Source of the DNA: an uncultured cyanobacterium
GTDB lineage: Bacteria; Cyanobacteriota; Cyanobacteriia; Cyanobacteriales; Nostocaceae
Reading direction: 5' to 3'
NCBI GenBank assembly: GCA_963740315.1
Contig: CAVUDP010000003.1
Location: forward strand, 416,001-480,000
Length of the DNA: 64,000 bases
A program made the translations under genes and the position numbers. Every line of letters starts with the position of its first letter. Position 1 is the stretch's first letter. The notes under the pieces are model-generated. The model saw only the letters and a program-made list of their open reading frames with translations, had not been told where the DNA came from and did not search any database. Positions 9,797 to 19,598 of this stretch are shown here, in pieces.

Positions 9797-11618
9797 TTTC
9801 TAAAAATCTTCTAGCAATTATTCCCCAATCGGTTCGAGCATTCCGGGCATCTTCTTTGCGTTTACCATCGGGTTGTTCATCCTCATACCTTGCCCATGCC
9901 ATTAGTAGTAACTTCAACCCATCTAAAGAGTTAATCAAACGAGTACGTAAAGTATCCATATCGGCTTTATCTACATCCTCCTGTAAGATTTCTACTAAGT
10001 TTTTATAAGCAGGATGTTCGGTATTTAAAGTCACAATAATTGCTCCCCCTCTAGGTTTAACAGAGAAGAAAGCAGAACTATCAAGAGGAGCTTCGGCAAA
10101 GGTATATTTTAAACCGTCATCTACTGTAGTTGCTGCTAATAATTCGGCTTTTGCTTCAGTAACTCCTTCCTCTTTCAAAGTTTGTTGAATTACCTGTTTT
10201 CGTTCTTCTTTTGGCAATTCTTCATCTTTATCGCTTTTACCTTGATAACCTTGTGATTTGCGTTCTTTGGTAACGCTTGTAGCTATTTTGATAGGTTTGT
10301 AAGGATTATGACGTTTTTCGCTGGTACGAGTACCTTGAGTTTGTGCTTTGAGTAAGCGACGAATAACGCTTAGTTGAGTATTAATTTTATGAGCAAGTTC
10401 TAACAGAGGAAGTTTAGGATCTTCATCTTGGAGTAATTCTTCTTTGAGTTGAGCAACGGTTTTTCCTTCTTCTAATAAAGACTCAATATCCAGTTGCAAA
10501 ATTTCTGCAAAATTACGGGCTGATTGCTTATTATTAGTAACCCCAAAAATATCATCAAGAGATGGCGGAAATTCAACTTCAATTCCCCACCAGCGTTCTG
10601 TAGGGTCATAATTATTAACTAAGTTTTGGTCTAATTCTAATTCTCTTCCAGCACGAACAACCGAAACTCCAATATTCTTAGAAGCGTGTTGTCCGTGAGG
10701 CATACTTCCAGGGTTTTTTCCTGGTTCGGCTTGACGTGCTTCTTCTTTAGCGTAAGAAAAACGCACTTTCACATCATGTTGTTTCTCTTTAAAGTTAATA
10801 GTAAAAGTTGCTTCATAAGATGTATCGCCTTGCCAAGGTTGGAACATCGCTTGATTATTAAAAGGCGCAGCGCAAGAGGTTTTTTCCATTAAATAACCTG
10901 GGTCATTCGGAAGAGCATTTTTCTGAGTAATAACGCTATATAACGCATCTAAATCAAATGCCATCATCCGAATTTTGACTTCACCACTATTCAGAAATTT
11001 GCGATACATTCTACCAATCACAAATTCAGAGTTATCAATAATCGCTTTTCCAGTTCGCCAAATGCAACGGTCTATTTTTGACCAAACAACTAATGTTCCA
11101 CTATCACCAAAATTGTTCCCAAATTTCGTCCAAGTAGCCGGAATTTGTTTAGCAGATGGTTCGGGAACTTCAGTCATCCGACGACTTTTTATTTCATCTA
11201 AATCAAGGTAGCTATGTAGAGAATTTTCTATTCCATTTTGCCAACTCCACACATCTACCCGTTGACATTGAGAAATAGAAGAAGATGGTAAACCCATACC
11301 AAAACGACCTATGCCAGTATGTTTCTCTTCATCTAAATAACTACCATTACCAAATTGCAGCGCTAGACGTAAAATATCGGCATCCATACCGCACCCGTTA
11401 TCTAACACCGCGATTTGTTCGATACGCGACAGCCTTCTCTGGTTTATTTGTTGTTTGCGTTCCCCACAAAGTAACTCTACCCCAGATGCACCAGCTTGAA
11501 TGGCATTATCCATTAATTCGGCGATCGCATAAGCAGCATTTTTGTAGCCGTTGTCGCGCATTGCTTGTACTGCTAGATGAGCGGGGACAATATCATGAGG
11601 ATTTAGGCGTAAACCCAA
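9786..11618 (-). CDS. GHKL (MORC/MutL-like) ATPase
   Basis: ELMDNAIQA, DNGCGM, GRFGMG and SGT Bergerat motifs; start codon uncertain (TTG). Confidence 0.88.
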   Translation of the reverse strand: MGLRLNPHDIVPAHLAVQAMRDNGYKNAAYAIAELMDNAIQAGASGVELLCGERKQQINQRRLSRIEQIAVLDNGCGMDADILRLALQFGNGSYLDEEKHTGIGRFGMGLPSSSISQCQRVDVWSWQNGIENSLHSYLDLDEIKSRRMTEVPEPSAKQIPATWTKFGNNFGDSGTLVVWSKIDRCIWRTGKAIIDNSEFVIGRMYRKFLNSGEVKIRMMAFDLDALYSVITQKNALPNDPGYLMEKTSCAAPFNNQAMFQPWQGDTSYEATFTINFKEKQHDVKVRFSYAKEEARQAEPGKNPGSMPHGQHASKNIGVSVVRAGRELELDQNLVNNYDPTERWWGIEVEFPPSLDDIFGVTNNKQSARNFAEILQLDIESLLEEGKTVAQLKEELLQDEDPKLPLLELAHKINTQLSVIRRLLKAQTQGTRTSEKRHNPYKPIKIATSVTKERKSQGYQGKSDKDEELPKEERKQVIQQTLKEEGVTEAKAELLAATTVDDGLKYTFAEAPLDSSAFFSVKPRGGAIIVTLNTEHPAYKNLVEILQEDVDKADMDTLRTRLINSLDGLKLLLMAWARYEDEQPDGKRKEDARNARTDWGIIARRFLENES

Positions 11619-12730
11619 TTAGCACTAAACCCCTGGTTACTTGCTAAAGTAATCAAAGGTTGTAGATTTGTTTCATAAGCATTAGTAAGAATTTCTAAAT
11701 TTAATAAGTCATCAACTTGATTAACTTTTAAGTCAGAGACAAAAGCTTCTGTATATTTTAACCAGTTATTTTCCGAGATATTTTGATGAGAAACACTTAA
11801 ACCTATATACTGCAAATTAACAAAATCTGAAAAATATATTTGAGATGGTAAATTATTAGATTTAGAAGAATTTACAGATTGTGTTGTCGGAATTAAATTC
11901 CAAAGTTGATCGTGTGCCACAAATGACCAAGGCAAATAATGGTCTAATGAAATTTCGTCTTTATTTAATTGAACTTCGGAGTAGATACATTTAATTTCTT
12001 GATAAGTTAAAACAGTTTTCCAATATTTAATTTGTTTGTTCAGAGAATCTCTTTGTTGTGGCATAAATAATTTATTAACCACGTTGGGAATATTAGGGTT
12101 TCTTTGCTGCATATACTTCAGCCATTCCCAAGAAGCCCATCCTCTAACTATTGTATAGTTTCTCTCTAAGTATTTAATCCAATCTGGATGTAGAATAATT
12201 GCGTTACAGTCTTTTCGTTTTTCAGCATTAAAACAGTATAAAGGCTTTTTGTTCTCGAATTGATTCTTAGATAAAGTAATAACTGCTAGATTTACATCAC
12301 TATCTTGAAATCCCCTAGTTTCTTCAGCAAAGAAAGGGCGAATTAAACGATAAGGAACATATTTACTAATAAATTTGACAATATCATCTATATTTTGCTC
12401 GCTAATAGTTGTACGTAAAAGTTTCTTGTCCGTATCCCTAAATTTTAAAATTGGTTCCGTAATTTCTAATTCAAGAGAATTAAGCTTTTTTGATATATGG
12501 TCTTGAGTTCCAAAAGAGAGTTTAAAATAATTATGGGGATACCAAGCATTAGCCAGCATTTCAACAATGATGTCTTGAAAACTAATTGGTGATAAAATAT
12601 CAAAATTTTCTCTTCTAAGAATATCTAATAATGATAAAAAATAAAGGTATTTATAGGAATTAGTTGTTGATTCAAATAATCTTGATAATGCGGAGATATC
12701 TAAACTGTCATCATTTGGTAATTGATACAT
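11603..12730 (-). CDS. HNH endonuclease domain protein
   Basis: C-terminal CIYS...SLDHYLPWS...WNLIP...VNSSKSN; N-terminal TNSYK helical domain. Confidence 0.88.
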   Translation of the reverse strand: MYQLPNDDSLDISALSRLFESTTNSYKYLYFLSLLDILRRENFDILSPISFQDIIVEMLANAWYPHNYFKLSFGTQDHISKKLNSLELEITEPILKFRDTDKKLLRTTISEQNIDDIVKFISKYVPYRLIRPFFAEETRGFQDSDVNLAVITLSKNQFENKKPLYCFNAEKRKDCNAIILHPDWIKYLERNYTIVRGWASWEWLKYMQQRNPNIPNVVNKLFMPQQRDSLNKQIKYWKTVLTYQEIKCIYSEVQLNKDEISLDHYLPWSFVAHDQLWNLIPTTQSVNSSKSNNLPSQIYFSDFVNLQYIGLSVSHQNISENNWLKYTEAFVSDLKVNQVDDLLNLEILTNAYETNLQPLITLASNQGFSANWVYA

Positions 12731-12771
12731 CTTCTATAATTCAAATGACACCTTATAGAAATCTAAACTAT

Positions 12772-13425
12772 TTAATTAACATCTTCAATACCCTTCCCCA
12801 ACTGCTTCAAAATCTTCAGCACATCGTAAAGCTCATTCTGTAAAGGCAACAGCGAAAAAACACGAGAAATATCATATTGAGGTGTTCCCTGATGATTTAG
12901 CTTCAAAAAAAAGAAGTCTCCTCCATTTGTTGCGATCGCAAACACGGGTTTTTTAGCATAGGGATTAGCCATCATATAAGCTAAAGTTTGGGGAATTGCC
13001 ATATCGAGGTTAATTTCTGTTTCCTTCGATTCCAAAACCGCTATCCACAATCCTTTGGAAACTACTAAAAAATCAATCCTTCCTCGCAAGATTTCATCAC
13101 ACACTTCACTCGTCGCTATTGATGTTCTAATTTCAACAGCAACTTCCCCTTGCATTAAATAAGGAGGATCGTAAAAACCCGCTAACTCTAGTAAGGGTGA
13201 TAAAACTAATAAGTTAACTAAACTCTCAGCTAGATTTCCATTAGCTCGATGATAGCGATATCTGGCTTTAATTCTGTCTAAGACTGCTTTTTCTGCATCG
13301 CTTATATCTGCTAAATTTTCTCTCCATTCCGTGAAGAAATTGACATCAGCACTACGAACTAAATTAAATTGCTTTTCTGCTTCCGCAATTGTGGTAATTC
13401 TTTTAGTAATTACGGTTTGAGTCAT
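12772..13425 (-). CDS. Type I restriction enzyme R N-terminal-like PD-(D/E)xK protein
   Basis: GRIDFLV...VLESK...IPQTLAYM...ATNG pattern, as in small cyanobacterial 'restriction endonuclease subunit R' proteins. Confidence 0.75.
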   Translation of the reverse strand: MTQTVITKRITTIAEAEKQFNLVRSADVNFFTEWRENLADISDAEKAVLDRIKARYRYHRANGNLAESLVNLLVLSPLLELAGFYDPPYLMQGEVAVEIRTSIATSEVCDEILRGRIDFLVVSKGLWIAVLESKETEINLDMAIPQTLAYMMANPYAKKPVFAIATNGGDFFFLKLNHQGTPQYDISRVFSLLPLQNELYDVLKILKQLGKGIEDVN

Positions 13426-13536
13426 TCTATTTTAGATTTTAGATTTTAGATTTTAGATTTACGATTTTTTTATCTTCTTTAAATAAGAGGTTTGCTGCTA
13501 AATTGGATTTCTAATCTAAAATTCCGGCATCAAAAA

Positions 13537-14337
13537 TTATAAATGACAAGCTAAACAAGGTAAATCATCATCTTCTTCATCTAAAATCGCTTCTAATGAT
13601 TCAGCTAAAGGACGATTTGGAGCAGCTTTTTTTTCTTTAGCCATCAATTTATTATGGTTAGCAATAATTTCATCCTTACGTTCTAAAAGTTCTAAAAGCG
13701 TCTCTCCTTCAGTCCAGGTATAGGTTCTACCGTCTTTATGATTCGATTCATATTTAACTGCTTCTTGAAATAAATCGGGATGTTCTTGGGCTAACATTAC
13801 CCATTCATACTTGCGTTGGAAAAAGCAGAAGAAGCATCCAGAGCGACTTCTCCAGCGATAATAGTCGGGGAGTCCAATTCCGCTATCTTCTAATAACTGG
13901 AGGATATCAGCTTTTACTAAACCCCTTTCCTTAAAGGGAAACACGGGTTTAATATTTGGTTTAGTTGACATATAACCATCACGGTTTTCATCAGCACGAA
14001 TGCCAATGTAACTAATCGCTTCGTCATTTCCGACAAAATCTTCAAAAGGCTTAATTTTCATCTTGACGGTACACCAACGCATTTTCGGCGAAGGTAATAA
14101 ACCATCATGAATCGCTAACCAATGATCGAAGCCTCTTTTTTCACTGAGATAATGAATTTTGATACCCAGACGTGCTTTAATGCGGTCAAGATAATCGTAA
14201 GTTTCCTGTAATTCCTTATGGGTATCGCAAAAGAAATATTCCATATCTGGAATTTCCTTGTGCAGCAATATCGCTAAAGCCGTACTATCCTTACCTCCTG
14301 ATAAACCCAATATATGTCTAACTTTTTTCTTTGCCAT
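13537..14337 (-). CDS. sspD: PAPS reductase family protein (SspD/DndC-like)
   Basis: SGGKDS PP-loop, RWCT, GIRADE, RSGCFFC, C-terminal CLACHL. Confidence 0.85.
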   Translation of the reverse strand: MAKKKVRHILGLSGGKDSTALAILLHKEIPDMEYFFCDTHKELQETYDYLDRIKARLGIKIHYLSEKRGFDHWLAIHDGLLPSPKMRWCTVKMKIKPFEDFVGNDEAISYIGIRADENRDGYMSTKPNIKPVFPFKERGLVKADILQLLEDSGIGLPDYYRWRSRSGCFFCFFQRKYEWVMLAQEHPDLFQEAVKYESNHKDGRTYTWTEGETLLELLERKDEIIANHNKLMAKEKKAAPNRPLAESLEAILDEEDDDLPCLACHL

Positions 14338-14546
14338 GCTTATTTTTGAATGCTTTTTGGCAAGTATATTAACAGCTAAAGCATCTTAGCAAATGTTGAC
14401 AAGCGATATGTAGCGTTTTTAGTAAATGTTAAGAAACGCTTAGTGCGATCGCTGATTATACGATGTGTTTATAAACTAACCAATTGCGCTTTTATACATT
14501 ACACCATTCCTGTATAAAATTGACAGTATTTTCACAAATTACAGAT

Positions 14547-14862
14547 GGTGCGTGACGCTATAAATTTTGTAAGCACGTACACAAATTATCAAAACGTCAC
14601 ACACTAGGGTGTTGATTTTGATAAAATTTCCGCGCTTAAAGTTCATACCCCTATCCCTCACCCCGCCCTTACGGGCACCCCTCTCCCAAGCTTGGGAGAG
14701 GGGCTGGGGGAGAGGGCTTTATCTTAAATGCGAACGCGGTTTTTGCATGATTTTTGACTCCCTAAAAAGCCACAGAGTCAACACCCGGCGTCACACACCC
14801 GACAAAGAAATTCTCAACCCGCGCAGGCGGGTTTTGCTTGTGTAGTAGCGGTTTCAACCGCC
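14547..14862. repeat. Cluster of REP-like palindromes between sspC and sspD
   Basis: GGTGCGTGACG...CGTCACAC, CCCTCTCCCAAGCTTGGGAGAGGG, CCCGCGCAGGCGGG and GCGGTTTCAACCGC hairpins. Confidence 0.75.
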
Positions 14863-14969
14863 AGGTTTTAACCAAATTTTGTTTCTTTCCCCTTCACCTT
14901 TTTCCGAGAAAGATTTTCTTCAATCTTGGTAACTCCTTCTCCCAAACCAGCATTTAAAATCCGTTCGTT

Positions 14970-17900
14970 CTACTTTGCTAAAACTGCTTGTCGTAACTGC
15001 TTGTCGTCAGGTAACTCACTGAGAATTTTATCAACAATCTTATCAACCTGCGATTCTGTGCCACGATCTACCCATACCATTTGATGAATTTCTTGACCAT
15101 CTGGATGAGTCATTGTAATCCGTCGTGCTTCAAAACCTTCGCCTTTAGCTGCAACTTCTTTTTGCACAACTTCCAGATTTTTAAACCGTCGCACCAAATC
15201 TGCTAATTTCATTTCAAAAGCAGTTACATCTTCATCCGTCCATGATTCAGCAGGTTTATCCGCAACAATCATTACCAAAGCTTCTAACCACTGAGTATCG
15301 CTGACGTTTTCATCTGAAGCTGCTTGAGTAAAGCGTTTTAATAAAGGTTCAATACATTTTCCGGCTAAATAATTTGCTCTAACCCGCAAATCTTCCCTAA
15401 GTTTCGTTTCCTTACTTCTAATTCCAAAGGCTTCATAAAGAAGTTTTTGACAATCACTTAATAGACTATCGTAAGCTGTATGAATTTCTCTGAGAGCATG
15501 AACTAACTTAATGCGTAAATTTTTAGCAGTTTTACCATCATCTTCTGCTTCAGTACCAATTGCTGGTAAATTACAAGCTTCTGGTAAAGCTTTAAATAAC
15601 AATTCATCGGGTTCAACAGTAGTTTGCAATGCCCTTAAAATTGCTCTGGCTTCATCTTCAATTAGTTGGGTTTGTTGAGTATACTTAGGCAGTTTCTTAA
15701 CAAATTGATAAAGAGGCGTTACCACCGTTAACAAAGTTGCATTACGAACTTTACTTAACTTCTTTAACTGAGGATTGCGTAAAATTGCTTCAAGTTCTTT
15801 GAATACTTCTGCCCTTAATCCCACTACTGCAAAATACTTGACTGCAAAACGTTCGGGATATTTGATTAACAATTCAAAATGTTCCATTCCCAATACCGGA
15901 ATAAACGTACCATCTTGATAAAGTCCCAAATCATCGGCGTGATACAGCAGTACCGCAGCTAAAATTACTGGAATTGCTCCTTGCTTAACACCGTAGGGAG
16001 GTAATGCTAAACCTTGATAAAGTACATCAAAAGTTTGGCTAGTTTCCGTTGCTTCTAAACAAAAATCCTCAATGACTTGCCATAGATAACTCAATCCTGA
16101 ATCTTCTAACGGTGGATAAAATTCCCAATACTCATCTTCATTTTCCTTATCATGAATCCCCGTTTCTTCTAACAGAGAATAATACATACATACTTCGGGA
16201 CCATAACCTTCTAAACCTAACTTTTCTTGATTTTGATGTTCTAACATCGCTTGAATCAATTCTCGCCGAGCTTTTGCTCCTTGAGACGTTAAATCTCGAC
16301 GGTTAATTAATTCATTCCATATAATTGGGCTGCGATGATAAACTTTATCGCAAATCTCTGAAAGTTTGCTATTGAAATCAGTAATGCTGTTAAGCTTTTC
16401 TACTTTTCCTTCTATCCAACATTGCTGAGAAACCCCTATACTAAATGCCTGGTTTAAAGTTTCATTTAAAGATTTTTCGGCTTCTCGCAAACGATAATTG
16501 ACTTCTTTCCTCGCTACCCCATCACTTTGCAATTCATTAGCTGTTTTTTTGACATTACTTAAAGCCACGAATTCTAAAGTACGAATTCTCAAAATATCTA
16601 AATTAGCCGCACTTAAAATGACTAATGGCTTACCATCAGTAGTTGTAGAAGGAACGGAATCCGGGAGTTGTTCATCTACCCAATACCCCACACAACCATC
16701 TGCATCTAAATTATTACAACGTAATTGACTCAAATCTAGGGAATTATCTAAATAATGCCGTTCAAAATAACGTAAAGTTCCGGTTTTATAACTGTGACGC
16801 TGCGCTACTAAAGGTTTTTGATAGCGGTGGAGAGATAACAGTTTAACTAAAGGCGATCGCTCTTGTTCGATGTAAGTACTCAACTCGCTGTCAACGTTAA
16901 AATCAGAACCTTGCCAAATCCGCAATTCATCTAATTGACGACGGTGAGTAATTAAATTTTGCTTCAGAAGCCCATCAATCACCTGCAACCAGTAATTAAT
17001 CTGCTCTTCAGAAGGGCGATCGCACATTGCTAAGGAAACTAAAGTCTTTGTAGCTCGCATTGAACCTGTAATGGTAATTAGGTTCAAAATACCAATAGTT
17101 TTTAATACCCTCAGACTATCTTCTTCTAAGCGTTTAGCATCACTAATTAAATCTTGAATTTCTACCCATCTTTGCAAATTTGGACGAGAAGTTAAACCCA
17201 TTCCTGCGGCTTCAATGAAATAGTCATAAACTCTATATAATTTAAGACTAGGAATATTATCATTTTCAACGCTTACTTCTTCCAGAAAATTGCGAAATGA
17301 TAAAGGTTCGCTACTAGTTAAAAATGTGAATAAAGAACGGTCATTTTGAGCATAGCGTTGACATAGGGTTGGTAATACCAGAGCCGTCAAAGGATGTAAA
17401 GGATAAACTTCTTCTACAATATTAGAATCTATCTCTTCTTCAACAATAATGGGTTGTAAATAATCAAACCATTCCTGAGAATTATGATGAATTGCAAAAC
17501 TCATTGCTTCTGCGGCTGAAGAGTCAATTGCTTGAGAAATTAACCTCATCATTTGTCCGGCTGATTCAGTAAAAGGAATATCTTCAAATCTTCCTTGAAT
17601 CTTTGCCCATTCGTTTTTTTGAACGGCAGCTAATCTTTGACTATATTCTGCAAAAGCTTGATGTAAAATGCCTAAAAGATAAATAGGTGTTTTGCTATCT
17701 TTTGGTAATTCAGCTAGTTGTTGTAAAAGGTATAAATCTTCTGCTCCTTGATAATAAGAAGCATATTCCAAATTTTTACCAAGTTCATCAATTACAAGTA
17801 AAATCCCAGTTTTAGATTCTTTGGCAACTTCTAAAACTAACTCAGGAATTTCTCTACTATCAATTAATTTACCATCATTAATTTCTGTTTCTAAATCAAC

Positions 17901-18398
17901 TAATTTACGAACAACATTAATTTGATTTTTCTGGGCATCAGTCCAGAAATTATTAACACCTATCAATAAAGCTCTAATAATAGTATGACTAATCGGTTCC
18001 CTTTGTCCTGTAGCAACAGCCCTAATTAATCCTTTAGAGTTAACTTTTCCTTTAATTAATTGACAAATATCACTTTCTTCTCCTAATGCTTCTTCAGCTA
18101 TTGATAAAGCTTGAGCGTGCATCTTATTTTTAGAATTAGCACATAGCGAAATTAAGTAATGAGCAAAAGCTGATTTACCCGTACCGTAAACACTGGTTAA
18201 TGTCCAAGCTCTATTTCCTTCATCAGCACTGAAAGCATTTAAAATTCGTTCTAGAGATTCAATAGCTCTTTTAGTTAAAATATAGCCTTCTAATGCTTCA
18301 ACATTCTCTAAATCTCTTTCTAAGTTAATTGAACGAGAATAGCGACGCTGAAGACTAAAATAATCAGATAGTTTTTTGTTAGTCATAGTTTTATTCAT
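14970..18398 (-). CDS. sspC: Large P-loop ATPase (SspC-like)
   Basis: RSINLERD, Walker A YGTGKS, Walker B LVIDELGK, YPLHP, QNDRSLF; directly downstream of DUF4007; frame continues 33 codons past the TAG to 14868. Confidence 0.82.
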   Translation of the reverse strand: MNKTMTNKKLSDYFSLQRRYSRSINLERDLENVEALEGYILTKRAIESLERILNAFSADEGNRAWTLTSVYGTGKSAFAHYLISLCANSKNKMHAQALSIAEEALGEESDICQLIKGKVNSKGLIRAVATGQREPISHTIIRALLIGVNNFWTDAQKNQINVVRKLVDLETEINDGKLIDSREIPELVLEVAKESKTGILLVIDELGKNLEYASYYQGAEDLYLLQQLAELPKDSKTPIYLLGILHQAFAEYSQRLAAVQKNEWAKIQGRFEDIPFTESAGQMMRLISQAIDSSAAEAMSFAIHHNSQEWFDYLQPIIVEEEIDSNIVEEVYPLHPLTALVLPTLCQRYAQNDRSLFTFLTSSEPLSFRNFLEEVSVENDNIPSLKLYRVYDYFIEAAGMGLTSRPNLQRWVEIQDLISDAKRLEEDSLRVLKTIGILNLITITGSMRATKTLVSLAMCDRPSEEQINYWLQVIDGLLKQNLITHRRQLDELRIWQGSDFNVDSELSTYIEQERSPLVKLLSLHRYQKPLVAQRHSYKTGTLRYFERHYLDNSLDLSQLRCNNLDADGCVGYWVDEQLPDSVPSTTTDGKPLVILSAANLDILRIRTLEFVALSNVKKTANELQSDGVARKEVNYRLREAEKSLNETLNQAFSIGVSQQCWIEGKVEKLNSITDFNSKLSEICDKVYHRSPIIWNELINRRDLTSQGAKARRELIQAMLEHQNQEKLGLEGYGPEVCMYYSLLEETGIHDKENEDEYWEFYPPLEDSGLSYLWQVIEDFCLEATETSQTFDVLYQGLALPPYGVKQGAIPVILAAVLLYHADDLGLYQDGTFIPVLGMEHFELLIKYPERFAVKYFAVVGLRAEVFKELEAILRNPQLKKLSKVRNATLLTVVTPLYQFVKKLPKYTQQTQLIEDEARAILRALQTTVEPDELLFKALPEACNLPAIGTEAEDDGKTAKNLRIKLVHALREIHTAYDSLLSDCQKLLYEAFGIRSKETKLREDLRVRANYLAGKCIEPLLKRFTQAASDENVSDTQWLEALVMIVADKPAESWTDEDVTAFEMKLADLVRRFKNLEVVQKEVAAKGEGFEARRITMTHPDGQEIHQMVWVDRGTESQVDKIVDKILSELPDDKQLRQAVLAK

Positions 18399-18434
18399 AT
18401 TTTTACTGCTCGATCGAGCAAAACAGATCGACGC

Positions 18435-19352
18435 TTAAGAATTATAGTATTTTTCTAAAATATCTTGAGACAAAGTTTCTGGTTCTTTAGTAAACGATAA
18501 TTGAATTAAACCTGCGGTATCGGAAAGAATTATCGAATTAAATTCCTTAGCAACCGTCTCAATCGCTTCACATAAAATATTTTCGGTTAATTTAAATACC
18601 ATTCCTGGACTACCTTCGTCATAAAGTAAACGAGGAATATTAATTGTCCTTTCCTTTCCTTTAAGGTTTAACCAACTAGCGTATTCTAAACAAGTAGCAA
18701 CTATAATTGACGCGGATAAATTTGCTTTTTCACCAATTTTAAACTGATAATATCTACCAAAGCTACGAATTAAACCAAGTTCATTAAAAGGAGAATCAAT
18801 AGAATCTTCAATTGGGGTATTTTTTTTCAGAAAATCTTGTGAAGCATACATTCGTAAAATACAGCTTACATCTTTTATCAAAGAAGATTCTGCAATAGTT
18901 TTATTGAAGGTACCTGTATATTCCTGAAGCCCCGCTAAAATATCTTCTTTTGTAAACTCAAAACCTCGAAAATTATTAAAAATATAATACCAAGCAGCTG
19001 CTTCACAAGTAGGTTTTAATAAATTCCAATGCAATAACCATAAAGAAGCTGGATTTTCTAAATAAGGGTCCCATCCATCATTTCCTAAAAGTTTTTCTCC
19101 AAATACTGTTGGTGAATTATTCTTATCAATAACTTTGAAAGCAGTACACCAGTAGCGAATAGAGCGCACCATATTTTTACCAACACCTAAACGTACAGGA
19201 GCATCATCCTGTAAGAAAATTCCTGGTTTTTTTGTAACAGCATCAAATCCTTTTTTCAACCAGCCAAAACGAGGGTGAAAAGTTTCATGATTTGCAAAAA
19301 CTGGATTTACTGGATTCTCAAGATGTTTGAAATTTATAGAAGTTTGAATCAT
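18435..19352 (-). CDS. sspB: DUF4007 family protein (SspB-like)
   Basis: HETFHPRFGWLKKG, LGVGKNMVRSIRYW, DPYLE...LWLLHW, SPFNELGL signature. Confidence 0.9.
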   Translation of the reverse strand: MIQTSINFKHLENPVNPVFANHETFHPRFGWLKKGFDAVTKKPGIFLQDDAPVRLGVGKNMVRSIRYWCTAFKVIDKNNSPTVFGEKLLGNDGWDPYLENPASLWLLHWNLLKPTCEAAAWYYIFNNFRGFEFTKEDILAGLQEYTGTFNKTIAESSLIKDVSCILRMYASQDFLKKNTPIEDSIDSPFNELGLIRSFGRYYQFKIGEKANLSASIIVATCLEYASWLNLKGKERTINIPRLLYDEGSPGMVFKLTENILCEAIETVAKEFNSIILSDTAGLIQLSFTKEPETLSQDILEKYYNS

Positions 19353-19598
19353 GACAAGACGGATATAATAGCAACTATCTTAGATATTATGACTCAAAGA
19401 AGACGATATTTATTCATCATGGTGCGCTGCCCTTTACGACAACACACCCTACAATTTTTATAGCTTCAAGTGCAATACTTTGAAACGCGAACAAGTTTGC
19501 TTGCACATTAAACAAAGCTACCGATTAGCAAATATCTAATAAATAGCCAATGATATCTTAATTAAACAATGGCATTGAATAATATTTAAAATTAAAAA

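Noticed and set aside
13537..14337. Sulfate-assimilation cysH
   Set aside because: The defence context and the RWCT/C-terminal CxxC pattern favour SspD-like; no cys genes nearby.
14609..14845. 78-aa ORF inside the island
   Set aside because: It is made of REP palindromes and lies antisense to the operon.
13537..19352. BREX type 4 or classical DndBCDE
   Set aside because: No PglZ or BrxL, and no DndB, DndD (SMC-like) or DndE. A separate DUF4007 + ATPase + short PAPS reductase fits Ssp better.
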